NCBI RefSeq assembly: GCF_018977255.1 | Contig: NW_024704798.1 | Coordinates: forward strand, 1-64,000 | Reading direction: 5' to 3' | Source: Callorhinchus milii | Taxonomy: Eukaryota | Length of the DNA: 64,000 bases | Part shown: piece after piece, positions 24,362-35,150 of the stretch | How the letters are laid out: each line of letters opens with the position of its first letter | How positions within the stretch are numbered: the first letter of the stretch is position 1 | Position numbers and translations under genes: made by a program | Notes under the pieces: generated by a model | Database searches by the model: none | Seen by the model: only the letters and a program-made list of their open reading frames with translations | Told to the model about the DNA's origin: nothing

Positions 24362-24436
24362 CCACCGGTGTAAATGTCAAAGGACACTGAGAGGCACGTT
24401 GCTGCCATGTGTACCAGCTGCTGCTGTTCCTCCTAC

Positions 24437-24766
24437 CTGTTGGGGTGGTGATGTTCTTGACAATGATGGTCTGGGTGGGTTCATGGGACACCTGGCAGGT
24501 GTAAACCGCGCCAGTGCTCCACTCTCTGGCGGGGACCGTCAGGCGGCTGCTGCTGCTGAATGTCCCGTTGTCCTCTTTAGCCGAGGGAGAGGTCACAACA
24601 CCAGAGTTGATGGGTTCCCAATCTTTTAGCCATTTAACACTGAGTTTGTCCGGTCGGAAGCTGTTTATTGAGCAGACAGCAGTGGCCTGGTTGTGTATTT
24701 TGATGTCTTCAGGGGAAGGCTGTGTGAGGAACACAACTGGGGGCAATGGTTTCGGTTGTACATTCC
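24437..24766 (-). CDS. First constant exon, CH2-like rather than CH1-like (GNVQPKPLPPVVFLTQPSPEDI...AVCSINSF...YTCQVSHEPT...KNITTPT)
   Basis: 330 nt, open, acceptor gtatttcag, donor G|gtagg; in phase with the J donor; only the two canonical Cys. Confidence 0.93.
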
Positions 24767-25179
24767 CTGAAATACATTGAATAATAAGTTATGTTACGTT
24801 GAAAATATATTGCGTTAGGTGTAATTGGTATTAATATGAAAACAGACATTTATCTCAAACATGATGTGGATACTTCCCACTCAATCACTTATCTCTTTCA
24901 ACCTTCCCAGTTCAAATTTATCTTTAGAAAAATAAACATTGCAATCTACTCAATCGTTTTATCTGATACTTTGCACTGAACTCTAAGCTGAGGTTGGAGT
25001 TGGCAAGTCTTCTATTCCCCTTTCCCTGTTTGTCACAGAGAATCGTTAGGTATTCTCCTTTCGAACTGAACCGCGTGAAATGATTCCTATTCCGTTCATA
25101 TCTGCACTTTATCTCCGAGAAACGTAGCTCTCGGGAAACGAAGGCAACAGTATCAGGCCATTAAGGTACTGTCTGTATG

Positions 25180-25280
25180 GCTGTTTGTGTGTGTGTGTGT
25201 CTTTGTGTGTGTGTGTTTGTTTGTGTGTGTGTGTGTGTGTATGCATGAAGATCCCATGACGTATTCGAAAACAGATGGCA

Positions 25281-25333
<53 letters not shown>

Positions 25334-25350
25334 TCCCCCCCCCCCCCCTT
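25180..25350 (+). repeat. (GT)n and (CT)n microsatellites plus poly-C
   Basis: Directly visible. Confidence 0.95.
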
Positions 25351-28300
25351 CCACTTTCTCTCTCTTTCTCTCTAACTATGTCTTTCCATCTCCTTCTCTG
25401 TTTTCCTCGTCAACAATCCCCCNAAATAAAATCGGCCAAACACTATACGCCTGTTTGTGGGGATTTGCTTTGCGAAACGCACTGTTGGCGTTTTGGCCAC
25501 AAAATACAGTCAATGCACTTTACCTTAAATCCTGTGATGCGCTTTGAGGCCTATCTCCGCCGTGTGAGGCACTGTAGCTTATGCAATGATTATTATTTTA
25601 TTGGTGTGTTCATGTCTGTGTGCATACCTGTGCCAGCAAAGCATCCCAGCTGGAGTTTGTGCTGAGACCAAGGTTTTCACACATAACGTTTAAGGAGAAA
25701 TGTATCATTCATATATTTGTAATCTTTGTGTCCGTTTGTATGGCCAGAGCTGCACTGTGCACTTGTAGCGCGCGGTGATGGGTGCGCTTTGGATAGCAGC
25801 TCCTAAATTGGCTCCAACGTTAAAAAAATTGCCAGTTTAAATTTAATATCCCAATAATGTTGGCTCATGTGTGACTTTTGTATGAGAGAGAAATTGCTAA
25901 TTTACACAGCAGAGCATCGACTTCCTTTCCCTCTGTGTGTGTGTGTGTTTATCTGCCTGCCTGACTGGCTATGCGCTGGAATAAATAAATACATAGATAA
26001 ATAGATAAATAGATAAATAGATAAATGGATACAAATAGATATATAAATGCAGAGCTATCTGTATGTGAACCTGGTGTCAGTGACTGTGCATCGACTGTGA
26101 AGCCACTCAAAGTCACCTCCTGACCAGTTTAAATTTGAAACACGGAACGACAGACTATGGTTATAATGTTAATTTGAAATCATTTCAGGCTAAAATGTTC
26201 ACTGGTCTTCTTCCGATTAATTCTGTTTTAAGAGATAAAGTCGTGTGGCATTTTTTTTAAAAATAGCTGAAATTCAAATGTTGCTTCAATTTCCAAATCG
26301 TCCACTGGATTCACCAAAGAAATATCTATCCAAGGATATTCAGATCTGTGGACCATCTTACATTTTTATACAATAGTCCGAAAATTTTAAAAAATGATTC
26401 TTTCTGGTTCTGACATATACTAAAACAAGTTACTCTGTTCAGATTGGTTACAGATTCGCCGCAGCCAATTTGCCACCTGTGGTATTAAATTGGTAAATTA
26501 ATTATTAATAATAGTAATTCGTGCATTTGATATAGTGTCTTATCACGTTTTCGAGACATCTTAAAGCGTTTTACCGACTAAACTGTGAGTTGAATAGACC
26601 GAGTAATTTCAGGGCGGAAAATATTTGTTTGACTGTTGAAGAATTTTGGTCCCTATTATATCTTTTGTCTACACAACTACAGAGATCATATAGTGGGCAG
26701 ATTCAGTGTTCACATGAGGAATGAAGGACTCTTATCAGTGCTGTGCCCAACACAGTCTCTCACAGGGAATCCTGTCTGATTGGTGAATGTGATTTGCGGG
26801 ACCTGCAACAGCTGCTGCACAGCGCGAAATACAGACGCAGAAATAACCACATTTACGAGTAATTTTGTCACACAGCTGCATCGAAAAGGTTAATTAAAAA
26901 CAGAAGTCACTGTCTTGGGATTTGCAGTCAATGGCGCTGCATTGCATTGCAGCAGCAAAACACGTTTACGTTCATGTTTCGGAATAAAATAATCATATTA
27001 TTTGCCTTTCAATTCAGCGCCTGATTACATCATCGAGAATTCGCAAAGCGCTGCGCAGAATACACTGCAAAGCTCTAACGGCTGAGCTGCAGGACTCTCA
27101 GAATGGATAACATTCTGCTTTGCCTCAGAATCTGCATTACCGTGAATTGTATAAAATTTATGTTTGCAGTTAAATATCCTGTTGTTAAGCTGTAGTAATG
27201 CCACACAGGCAGATATACAGAGGCAGGTGGTATTAAGTTTGAACAACAACTGTTGCTGGTAAATGTGCATCTGTTTCCTCTTTCCTGCACCCACGACCAT
27301 ATTCTCGTCGTTTATCAATAAATTTTGTTCACATCTGAGATCCCAATAAACAACTATTAATAAACAATGAAAGATCATTATATCTCTAATTTAATATTTT
27401 GCGGAATTGTGTAATAATCTTCAATTTACTTAAAATTTAGAGACCGTTTCCTCTTTCAGAAATCAAACTGAATTTGACAATTATTCACAATTCTGCGCGA
27501 ATTTACACTTCAGCACATGTTCTCCTCACAGCCTGAGGGGCAGCGAATTTCTCAGCCTCTGGGAAGATATTGGTTAACCATCACATTGCTCTTTCCTACC
27601 CTGGGTCAGCGGATTAACATGATCCCAGCTCCCAGCCTGTCTATAAACAGCCAGACATCTCAGTTCATCCATTTGCTATTTCACTGCTCAATGCCATTTA
27701 ATCTGGTCTCACACACAATCGTAGCCCCATCTCACATCACAAACACAAAGTGTTTCCGTTCAGTAACCCACACGTTACTCTATATTCTCTTTCTCTCTGA
27801 GAGCCTGAAGGTTTCACTTACTGCACAGCAGCTCACACACTATCCTTCCACATCACACACATAGCATTACATATGATGCGATTTAACTCAGTCACAAATC
27901 CCTGCAGCACAAACACTTACATAGAATAACTAAATCATATATTTACAGTCAAATGAGAAACGACCACTTTCACCCTCATCCCTGCCGACTCTGGAGTTTG
28001 AGATGATCTTCTCTGAATTCATTAGTTTGGTATCACTGATCAGTGTCGCTGTGCGTTCACATCTCAATGAACAAATGGTAAAGTTTGAGCAGCAGACTCT
28101 TGCACTGCAGCTGGATCTGTTACATTGCAGCCTGCTGTGCAAACTTTACCATGTGTTTATTGAACATATCTGTGTTCTTCTGCGGAACAGTTAGCGTAAA
28201 ACAGGAAGTTGATGACTACAGATCAACAACGACCCCTCGTGTCTCTGAACACTGTTTGAAAACGAGTTCATGTTCACTCAATCGCTGATAAAATCAAACG

Positions 28301-28639
28301 AAACTAAGTCAGAGCTCAATGTGTCGCTGAATAAAGTCGTGACTGGGGTATGTGGTGTAGCTGAGGAATGAGATTGTGAGCAACACATTAATGCTGATAC
28401 TAAAATAATGACCTTCACTATTATTTCTGTAATATCGGAGTCGATTGCACTGCTGTACCGCCAATCTCATTCCTGTAATATAAACCCACTTTACTCTCAG
28501 AGTCATCCCCTATCGTTCTAAATCGCAAACATTTTCCATATGTACGAAAACGGATTTAACTGCATAAAAAAATAGTAATCCTTGCACTTGATATTGTGCT
28601 TTTCACATCTCCTCGACTTCTCAAAGGGATTCACTGAAT

Positions 28640-28880
28640 AGACTGTAAAGCTAATTGATTATATTTGAGGGTGAACCGCGGCAGCAAATTGCGCACAGCA
28701 GTGTCCCACCAACAGTCGTGATTGAAAATGACTAACTTATTATATTACTGTTTTGGTTTTTGGAGGGATTATTGTCAGGAATTGTAAGGAAACTTTCCCA
28801 AGATTTCGTCCTTCCTTGAATAGAACCCAGGTCTCTCGCTTGGAAGGCGAATACTCTAACCACTGAGCTATAGGACGCCA
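28640..28880 (-). mobile_element. SINE copy in the J-C intron
   Basis: Reverse complement of the SINE core and tRNA head (GCGCACAGCAGTGTCCCAC; CACTGAGCTATAGG). Confidence 0.8.
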
Positions 28881-29297
28881 CACAGCTATTCTCAACTGCT
28901 GTTGGAAGCGATCAGATAACATTCCCATCACTCATCCCACCACATTTCAGGCCCTAATTCCCAAAGAATGGGCACAGTTTTAAACACAGTTGCACAATTA
29001 AACACCGAAACCCAGCAGCCGCCAGTCACCGCAATAAGAAAGTCCATCAGATTGACCTCTGCTGGATCTTCACAAACCACCAGAAATATCACCAACAATT
29101 ACCTAAATATTGAGAGAGTAATCCATGATGGGACAGTTGCTGTTGAAAGCAATAACAGATAAAAACTTTCAAGGTGGACTAAAGTGTGAGATAGCCGGCA
29201 ACACGGAGTTCATTACATTTACAAGCTGTTAAAGTGAACAAAACGAATATATAAAGAGACCGTTCACTGAAGTGAATGAGTTAGTGTCTGTTCTTAC

Positions 29298-29351
29298 CGT
29301 CAGTCACCGTCACCGCTGTGCCTTGTCCCCAGTAGTCAGGGCTGCCGCAGG
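29298..29351 (-). CDS. IGHJ: IgH J segment: CGSPDYWGQGTAVTVTD
   Basis: WGQGT motif; donor G|gtaaga; RSS on plus strand CACTGTG (29352-58), 23-bp spacer, GCAACAACT (29382-90). Confidence 0.93.
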
Positions 29352-29727
29352 CACTGTGCTACAGTCAGTGGGCTGTTCACTGCAACAACTGCTGTGTGGG
29401 CAGAGCACACAAACACAATATTACTGTAAATGTTGGCTTCTCCAAACCACACACAGATCACGATATGTGTCTGTCATGTTCTGAAAACAATTGCCCGGCG
29501 CTGTGTTTACCTTTTAAATGTTTGTGTCTTTGTCAGTTTGCTGTGTTTCTGCCAAACCACGTTTCTTCTCACCAACAGGTGGAAGATTAAGTCCGATGTT
29601 CTATGTCGTTTAAAATCTCGTGAAATCCTCGGGGTTCAGCAACATGTTAGAAATACCAAATCCCCGCAATTTCAGTGGGTGCCACACAAGCGAGTAGTGA
29701 CAGAGATTAGCTGGTTTGTTGTTGAAG

Positions 29728-29796
29728 GGTTTTTGTATTGGCAGTTAATGCTGTGGTCCATGTATATACACAGTGATACACAACATGACAAAAACT
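29728..29796 (-). other. IgH diversity segment D2 (29756-29768, TATATACATGGAC) with 12/12 RSSs
   Basis: Plus strand GGTTTTTGT-12-TGCTGTG [D] CACAGTG-12-ACAAAAACT. Confidence 0.93.
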
Positions 29797-30109
29797 CCTG
29801 CACAAGACGGACTAACACACATTGACTTGGAATTTGAGATAAGAACTGGATCTCAGTTCATATTCTCTCGTGAGGCCCCGTGTGATGTTTAAGTCAAAAT
29901 AAATTCGTATGTTCATCAGAGAATTTGGATTCTTGTTAAAGCAGCTCAGCAGAACTCATTCTTGTTTAATATCGTCCTGTAATATAAATTAACCTTAATT
30001 AATTTGTTAAACACCAGGTTATTTCCGAGAATGACCCACGTTCAGTAACACTAATATGGGAGCTGTGGATGTTGTAGTGATGACAGGGATTATCATTTTT
30101 TCTCTCTGG

Positions 30110-30187
30110 GGTTTTTGTATGAGGAGGTAACTGTGTGCAGCATTGTGACCCACTGTATACACAGTGATACAGTCCCATACAAATACT
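30110..30187 (-). other. IgH diversity segment D1 (30148-30159, TATACAGTGGGT) with a 12-bp V-side RSS and a 22-bp J-side RSS
   Basis: Plus strand GGTTTTTGT-22-CATTGTG [D] CACAGTG-12-ACAAATACT. Confidence 0.93.
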
Positions 30188-30600
30188 GATCCCTCAATGT
30201 CTGCTCCACACTGACAGCCAAAATTCACTTGAAGGGACTATTCTCCTCTGACATGACACAGAGGATACAGAGTAGTATTTTGATATCCACAGAAACAGAA
30301 AGCAATTATTTCCAACACCTTGTAACAAAATGATGTTTGTGAACCGTAACATAGTCAGTCTCCAATCGCAATCCTTCCCGCCTCAACAGCACAGTGTCAC
30401 TGACCATCTGAAATCACAGAATATTGTAGCACAAATACGTAGTTCGTTCACCCCAATCCAACCACGATTCACTGTGTGGGGTCAGTCTGAGAATAAATCC
30501 ATCTTCAGCTTTTCGTTTAAACTTGGCTACAGATACAGCATTGACCGCATGGATGTCCGTCAGTCAGTTTAGATTGGGAGGGGCTGCTTTCCTCCCCTTG

Positions 30601-30639
30601 AGTATTTGTAGGAGTTCAGCCCAGTTCCCTCGCACTGTG
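30601..30639 (-). other. V-segment 23-bp RSS
   Basis: Minus strand CACAGTG-23-ACAAATACT immediately after the YYCAAD codons. Confidence 0.95.
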
Positions 30640-30948
30640 AGTCCGCTGCACAGTAGTAGGTCGCGGTGTCCTCCACTCTCGGGCTTTTGATGATCAGATC
30701 GAAGATGCGATTGGAATTCTCTCTGACGACAGTGACGCGGTTTCCAAAACCGGACTCGAAACTGTTGCTGGAGTAGGTGTCAGAAGTGAGGAGCTTTTCC
30801 CGCTGCTTCCCGGGAAGCTGCCGGTACCAGAACATACAGTAGTAATAGGAGCTGTAAAATCCGCTGCTTCTGCAGGTCAGTCTCAGGGACTGGCCGGTTT
30901 TCCCGGTGAGAGTCGGCGGCTGTGTCATCACCACAGCGGCCTGGACAC
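30640..30948 (-). CDS. IGHV: IgH V exon, single-domain-like: VQA/AVVMTQPPTLTGKTGQSLRLTCRSSGFYSSYYYCMFWYRQLPGKQREKLLTSDTYSSNSFESGFGNRVTVVRENSNRIFDLIIKSPRVEDTATYYCAAD
   Basis: V-set C-W-DTATYYC motifs, open frame, acceptor ccttacag, followed by a 23-RSS. Confidence 0.95.
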
Positions 30949-31064
30949 CTGTAAGGAATAAAGGACCGAAGGTGAATGATGGTGAAATCTCCTGTCTCTC
31001 TGACACTGCAGAGAGAATAACACCGACAGAGGAACAGAGACAATATCAGAATAATAGCACTTAC

Positions 31065-31110
31065 AGGAGAAGACCGCCAGCAGCAGACTGAGAGAAATCA
31101 GGGACCTCAT
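31065..31110 (-). CDS. IGHV: IgH V leader exon MRSLISLSLLLAVFS(C)
   Basis: 46 nt, donor T|gtaagt, 116-bp intron, joins in frame to the V exon; hydrophobic signal peptide. Confidence 0.93.
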
Positions 31111-31200
31111 GTTTCTCGGAACTTGTCAGAACTGAAACTTGTGCCGAATAACCGAGGGCCAGAGAGCAGCCGGACAGATGGCCTCAGTCCCCAGTGACCA

Positions 31201-31276
31201 CTATTTAACACGGGCCACTGGGGCAGGGGTTTGAGAATCGACCAATAGCTCCAGGACTGAGGGGAGTGACGTGTCA
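31201..31276 (-). promoter_or_regulatory. Putative V promoter: TTAAATAG TATA-like box (31208-31201), CCAAT on plus strand (~31241), CRE-like TGACACGTCA (31276-31267)
   Basis: Motifs lie 90-165 nt upstream of the ATG; no ATGCAAAT octamer seen nearby. Confidence 0.5.
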
Positions 31277-34200
31277 CATTCCTTCTGACCTGCACAGATC
31301 AATAATCAATAATATTAACTGTATATTCTGCATTTACAGTAAATCAATGTTAATATAAGTCTCGATCGTATTCAACATAGCGCTGACTCTGAATCATCGT
31401 CAAGTGCTTCATTCCATGTGTTTGTCAGAGTGTGTGTTTAGGGGTCAATTCAAACCATATCTGCGGAAACACTATTTCAGAGAGTTAGTAATAAGTATTT
31501 GGAACACGCTCTCTTAGATGATGGCTTAAGAAGAAATTATTCATTATTTTAAAAGTAAATTAAGTATCACTTTTACGAAATAATATCGGGTAAATTAGTA
31601 TGAAATTAATATCAGCAAGGTCATTTAGGAGTGAAAAGCAAAGCAACAAAAGTCGTGGTGATCTACAAATCTCGCCTTCAAATGTTTGTGGATGTTAGGT
31701 ACATTCATATTTTTCCGATTGTGATGGTAAATATGTTATAGTTGATTTTGTTAAGGGATCAATGATAAAGTCGGTTATTTTGACTTGAGTTTGAAGATCG
31801 GTTTTGATCTTAAAAAAATCCCAATGTATTTTTTCTTACTCCTACTATTTCTCTCTTTTCTCCGATAGAAATAATAGTGATAATCCTTGCATTAGATGTA
31901 GCGCTTTGCACCTCTTCTAGACGTCTCTAAGCGCTTCAGGGAATATGTTGTAAAGTGAATTGACCGTTCATTTGTGGGCGAAATACTTTAGAAGAAACCT
32001 CCTTAACAAGCTTATTTGGAAGAGGTCTTGTTTGGTTTCTTCTAACAATATTTATCTTTGGTCTCACGGACAACTTGTAAAAATTCTGTTTCAAGCACAC
32101 TTCTAATAGTACTCCTTATTATATTTGTTTCCCATATTTACTGAAATCAAAAGATAGATTGGTGATGAAATAATGTAATGAACTGTGAATGATGTCATGC
32201 CTTGACTCATGCGCTCAAGCCAGTCATGAATCCATCACTTGAGTGAGAAGCCGAATGGCGAGAGCTGCTGGTGGAATCGGAGCCTAGAGAAATGCAGGGA
32301 CAGTCACACTCCTTCGGGACGGGGGGAAAAGAAACTGGAGGAGTAAACTGACAAGAAAAAATGTGTTGTGACGTTTCAATTAGAAGTGATATCAGTGGTG
32401 CACTTCTCCAACTCACATATTTTATTCCACCAACCTGTTTACCAAGGTAAGAAGGAAACCGGTTGTAATTCTATTAGCAGATCACTATTCTTGGGTTGTT
32501 AATCTCTTTAAAAATTACCAATGATTTAGTCGGTGAAATTACAATTGTTTGCTGAACTTTGCAAAGTGCAATTTGTTGCCGCGTTTCTACAAGAAAAGGC
32601 GCTGTGAATTCAAGTCATAGTATTATCCGTGGAGCACTTTGAGAAGCCGCAAAGTCGTGAGAGGGTATTACTTCAATTGCAAGGATTATTAACTCCTGAT
32701 TCCTGGCAGCTGACAGTAACTGTGAGCAGATTGTAATAGGGATTCTGATCAGACACTGTTTGTGTTGCTCCCTGTCTGCCTTATGGATTATTAGCCAGCA
32801 AATTGAAAAAAATCGTTTTCCTTTTACAAGCGGTGTTACAGATTATTTAAAGTCCACCTGACTCTGGAGAGAGGACTCGGTTTGATTGCACAGAGAACCA
32901 GCCGTCGCTGTGATCTCAGATCCCAACATGAACCCACCACCTTGTCTGCGAGTATAGGGACGTACCTTGCATCCAGGTAATTGCACTATTTTGGTTTGTA
33001 ATTCTCTCTGTCCCATTACACAGTCACACAGGTAATCTCTGACCAGCACTGAAGTCCCATCTTTAGATCAGATCAAAGCGCATAGATTGTGGATTCCTGA
33101 AGCTCAGTGGTTGAAGCACTTGCCTCACAAGCGAGAGGACCCAGATTGGATTCCCGAGGAGAGCTAAATGTGGGGCAAGTTTCTTTATTCCACGCTCTTG
33201 ACCTTGTTTACCGAGCATTAGGTAGTCGTTTGATAGTGAATTGGCGTATTCCTTTTCCTGGGATAATAATCCCTTCAAAGGAAAATAATAATGCACTGAA
33301 TTTGGAGGCACTGACTAGAAAGACAAGAACTTCTATCTTACAGCAAACGTATCAAAGCACAACACACATTCTCACTTGAAAGATATATATAGATATATAG
33401 ATATATATATATATATATATATATCACTGTAACGGCTCACAAACAATGTGGCAGAAAAGGATTCCATGAGCGACTGATTGACAAAATCTTTCAGCATTGA
33501 AGGAACGTGAAGTATAATATAATTTAAAGTTATATAATAATCGTTGTATTTCATATAACATTGCATCTTCGAAGCGTCTCAAAAAGCAACACAGAATATA
33601 CTGTAAAAGTGTACTAGTGACAGTAAATATTGTGGGCGAAAAACGGCAGGCAATTGCGTTATTTTTTATCATTTTTATTTATGATTGTTATACAAGACAC
33701 TTATTTTAATGGCATTTGTATTTGCTGACTGTGAGTACAATCCTGGTGGTCTCAGTGCCTCGGTGGTGGTCGGAGAAGAAAGCGAAACATTTGACATAGT
33801 TTGGAATCGGCCAGATATAATAATCATTTGAAAAGGATAACAATCTGGAGCATTTGAAAAAGGTCATTTAATTATTTCTTTTTTTTTTGCATTGATGCGT
33901 TTCTTTTTACTGATAGTGTTTTCCGCTCAGCAGTTGATAATGTTTCCTATTGTATCTGTGGAATCGCCAAGGCCGCTGGACCTGCACTGGCTTTTGTGGT
34001 AATTCTCTCTGACTGCATTTCTCCGCTTTGCCTCCATGTAACTTCATGTCCTGACTTACAGACTATCATTTATTTCCTTTTCCCATCGTCCAAAATTGAC
34101 TGTGTATGTGGACTCCCAAGGCTGTTCATTCCAAAGAATGTGTATTTACCGACAGTCTCATTGTGAAAATCAAAGTGTCAGTGTATCTGAAAAATGACCT

Positions 34201-34827
34201 GTGTTAATAATATATAGTACATACATGTAATACACTTGTATCACAGAGTGTAATGTAACAGGGATATACTGGCTCATTATCCTGAGAATAATAGGTTTGC
34301 CTCTTTCACTAAGCTTGTGCTGTGGATTTTCATTCCCTGGAGGGTTAAGCCGGTGTCAAACTATCTGAATTTTCTGCCGTATTCTTACATATAATATAAA
34401 TAAAATTAGCATCTAATACAAATGCAGGCAAGTTCTCAGTCTCGTTATATTGTTATATAGGTTTGGGCTTTTTTGTGTCCCTTGCAATTCAAGACTGCGA
34501 ATTTAAAGGAAACCTTTGTTTGCTGATGCTGTAGAACAATCAATGTTCAAGCACAGTTTATCAGCAAAATGCTGTTCAAGTCATTGCATTTTATGTGTAA
34601 AGTCTTTCTGCTGAGCGCACTCAGGAAAGACGGTTCTCACAGGAGGTGTCAGGCGGCCTTCAGGTGGGGCGGAAACTCAGAGCACAATTGTCAGGAAGCA
34701 GCTGTGATGGTGTACAGTCAGTCATTGATCAGATTCCTGCCCTCACACCGCACAGCCACAGCCTGAGCCTTCATACAGTGTTCCCCATCACACCTGCCAC
34801 AGCAGGAACAGCAGCAACAGCAGCACC

Positions 34828-35150
34828 TGGTCATCTCGTACTATCTGGTCATCTCACACTGTCTGGTCATCTCACACTGTCTGGTCATCTCACACTCTCT
34901 GGTCATCTCACACTCACTGGTCATCTCACACTCACTGGTCATCTCACACTGTCTGGTCATCTCACACTTTCTGGTCATCTCACACTGTCTGGTCATCTCA
35001 CACTATCTGGTCATCTCACACTGTCTGGTCATCGCACATTGTTTGGTCATCCCACACTGTTTGGTCAGCTGAAACTGTCTGGTCATCTCAAACTGTCTGG
35101 TCATCTTAAACTGTCTGTTTGTCTCAAACTGTCTGATTATCTCAAACTGT
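34828..35150 (+). repeat. 18-bp minisatellite (CTGGTCATCTCACACTGT)n, copy 1
   Basis: Directly visible; produces the (SGHLTL)n ORF. Confidence 0.95.

Noticed and set aside
30390-30476. Extra perfect heptamers CACAGTG (30390) and CACTGTG (30470) between V and D1
   Set aside because: No acceptable nonamer at 12 or 22/23 bp, and the wrong order to flank a D segment, so not a third D.
32843-33060. GC-richer patch upstream of V checked as a possible second V or leader
   Set aside because: No V-set motifs in the frames read and no RSS.
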